NCBI GenBank assembly: GCA_002633005.1
Contig: NMRA01000159.1
Location: 175,633 to 239,632, forward strand
Length of the DNA stretch: 64,000 nt
Source: Phoronis australis
Taxonomy: Eukaryota; Animalia; Phoronida
Direction of reading: 5' to 3'
The notes beneath the pieces are model-generated. The model was not told the origin of the DNA. It made no database searches and saw nothing but the letters and a program-made list of their open reading frames with translations. Positions 61,936 through 64,000 of this stretch are shown piece by piece; within the stretch, counting starts at the first letter, position 1, and every line of letters starts with the position of its first letter. Made by a program: the position numbers and the translations under genes.

Positions 61936-63889
61936 GTAAGATAGAGAACGCAAATTACGTGAGTGTTACGTACTGTATTTTCCTATAGTGAGCCCGAGGG
62001 CTTGTATTCGGGAAATGCCGCATTTTTACCGTTCACCGCTCTTATATTTGGAAAAGAGAGAATTTAACGCAAAATATGTCACGGAATCGGAAAATTCGGC
62101 GGAATCCTTCTGAAGACAGAGTTGGGTGTATGATACCGTTAGTTAAGTTTATTTCCTAGAAACATGATATACATGTACTCGTATAGCATGTGTTGAGCTA
62201 AACATTCTCCTGCTCCTGAAGCCTCAAGGTTATGTCAAACCTTATTTCATGACCTCGTATCACTAAGTCAGACATCAAAACAATTATGAGATGTCCACCA
62301 GTAGAGGAACCGGAATATATTTTCGGTATATACACGTATAAAGCTCAGGAATTCCGAAAGTATGTTTGTGTTTCGACGGTGGACAGTGATAGCAAGCCGG
62401 GTTATCGCGAGTAGTTACTGCTGGTGATCGGCTTACGTATATGCGTGTACATGTGCTGCCACCATTGACATCTATCGGAGGCACAGACCCCTATTAAATT
62501 TCGACATTGGAACTGGGAAAATCGAGGCGGGGGAACACACAGATAGGGAAGAAAGGTACAGGGGAACATATATTGTTTTTGAACGGTGATTTTGTCGTAC
62601 TGAACGTCCGCGATAAACAATGATTAACGCCCGTGATGAGTTAATTTGTGAAATGAAACTCCCATTAATAGATCTAGAAAGATACAGTATCCCATTTCCA
62701 AAAGTTTGCACGGACTTCAACTACATTCTCATACTCCACAGGAAGTTTGCTTTCGACCTTGGGTTTAAAATTCATGCCATGCAAAATGGGTGGCCTCGGC
62801 TACTGACCAATTTTGTCGCCAGTAAAGCCGCAGGAAGATTGACGTTTTCATATGGAAATAAAGCCAAATTTCTGGAATATCTACAAACAGTTTCTATTTT
62901 TTTCGCCAAGTCGTTCTTATAACATTTTAACTTAAGTCGGAAAATTAAAGTTGAACACCAAAAATGAAGAAAATTCCTCGTGCAGTTTCGAGAGCAACAA
63001 CCCCACTACCCTCCTTCGAAATAAATCACAAGTATAACGCAAGCGCAAAAAATGAAGCTTGACCCTGTTGAAGTCTGGATTTTTAACTGCACGAGCAATT
63101 CACATTGAAATAAGAAGAATAATCCTTATGTTTTGAGCACAATTTCCTTTTTATAACTGTTTACTGCGTTGATCAGTTTTTTGTGTCATAGTTAAATCTT
63201 CACCGATTACAAAGTCGCCGGTTAAACATATTTTCAATTCAGAAAAAATCTCCGTGTTGTCGTTGTCAGAATTGTATTCTGTTGGTAACTCGATAAGTAT
63301 CATCTGAGTGACTAAATATTGGTGAAAAATATTGAATCGTACAGAATATTAGGCAGGAAAGATATCTCTAACTAAATTTGTCTGCATAATGTTGGAGAGC
63401 GGGGCGCACCATATTAACATAGGTGAGCCTCGCCGAACGGCGGCCGGCTGGCGGGGCTTCTATATTAATATGGGTGTCCTCGCCGGAAGGCTTCCGGAGA
63501 GTGGAGTCTGTACATGTCATTTTAATAAGAATGAGTCAATTTAAGCTGTTATAAACTTTTTAAACATGTAACGCATACCCCCTGTTGGCCAAGATGGCCG
63601 ACCCGATCCAAAGAAGTGACTCAAATTTCGCCACATAAGTTGAAATAACTTTGTGCTGCTTAACACGATTTTGATATTTTGTTGTGTGAAAAGCATTATT
63701 GGGGACAAATAAAACAAATAGAATAATAAATATTTTAAGTTGTATTGGGAATTTCAGGGTCACAGCTCTACAAATAAATATTTCAAAGAAGGAACCAGAT
63801 GAGTTCCTTAATTACAAGAGATAACACACACATTTCCGATACCCAAAGTGTAACTGAGTATCGGATACTAAGTGGCACAGGTTAGCATA

Positions 63890-64000
63890 GTACCAAATGG
63901 GTACATAATACCAAATGGGTATTGGCCGATTGCCTACCAACTGGGTCGAGCAAAGCGGCAAATTCAATAACAAGTACCAAGTGGGTACAAACTGCCAAAT
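63890..64000. repeat. Cluster of TACCAANTGGGT motifs, probable subterminal repeats of a DNA transposon cut by the window edge
   Basis: Motif occurs four times in about 100 bp. Confidence 0.5.

Noticed and set aside
63240-63310. Possible exon 14 of gene 2
   Set aside because: Candidate acceptors give no PLAC-like cysteine pattern and reach stops quickly; the next exon probably lies beyond the window.
1-64000. Prokaryotic features (operons, CRISPR arrays, defence systems)
   Set aside because: Spliced genes, low coding density and metazoan transposons; no regularly spaced repeat-spacer array seen.

Overview
Eukaryotic (animal) genomic DNA: AT-rich, GT-AG introns, and a transposon complement typical of marine invertebrates. 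Most short ORFs in the supplied track are spurious. Three genes can be built by hand. (1) A single-ORF, minus-strand 1,292-aa acidic repeat protein (5602-9480) made of two fused copies of the same gene, with nested 185-aa and 11-aa periodicity. (2) A complete 19-exon plus-strand gene (14024-36741, about 1,062 aa) for a membrane-anchored M12B/ADAMTS-like zinc metalloprotease: signal peptide, prodomain, furin site, HELGHSLGAVHD catalytic domain, ADAMTS-type disintegrin-like domain, two PLAC-like modules, Thr/Pro mucin stalk, SEA (GSIV), two EGF, TM and cytoplasmic tail, with no TSP1 repeats. (3) A tandem paralogue with matching exon phases (39428 to beyond 61935; 13 exons seen, apparently continuing past the window). 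Introns and intergenic DNA hold a Kolobok-type element, a CAGTGGCGG-terminated MITE family with 5-bp TSDs (one subfamily carries a tRNA-like Pol III box pair), a Helentron-associated HINE-like element, an RTE-type LINE remnant, several palindromic MITEs and microsatellites. The most notable observation is the apparent ADAMTS-head / transmembrane-mucin-stalk chimera. All gene models are manual and unverified by transcript data.
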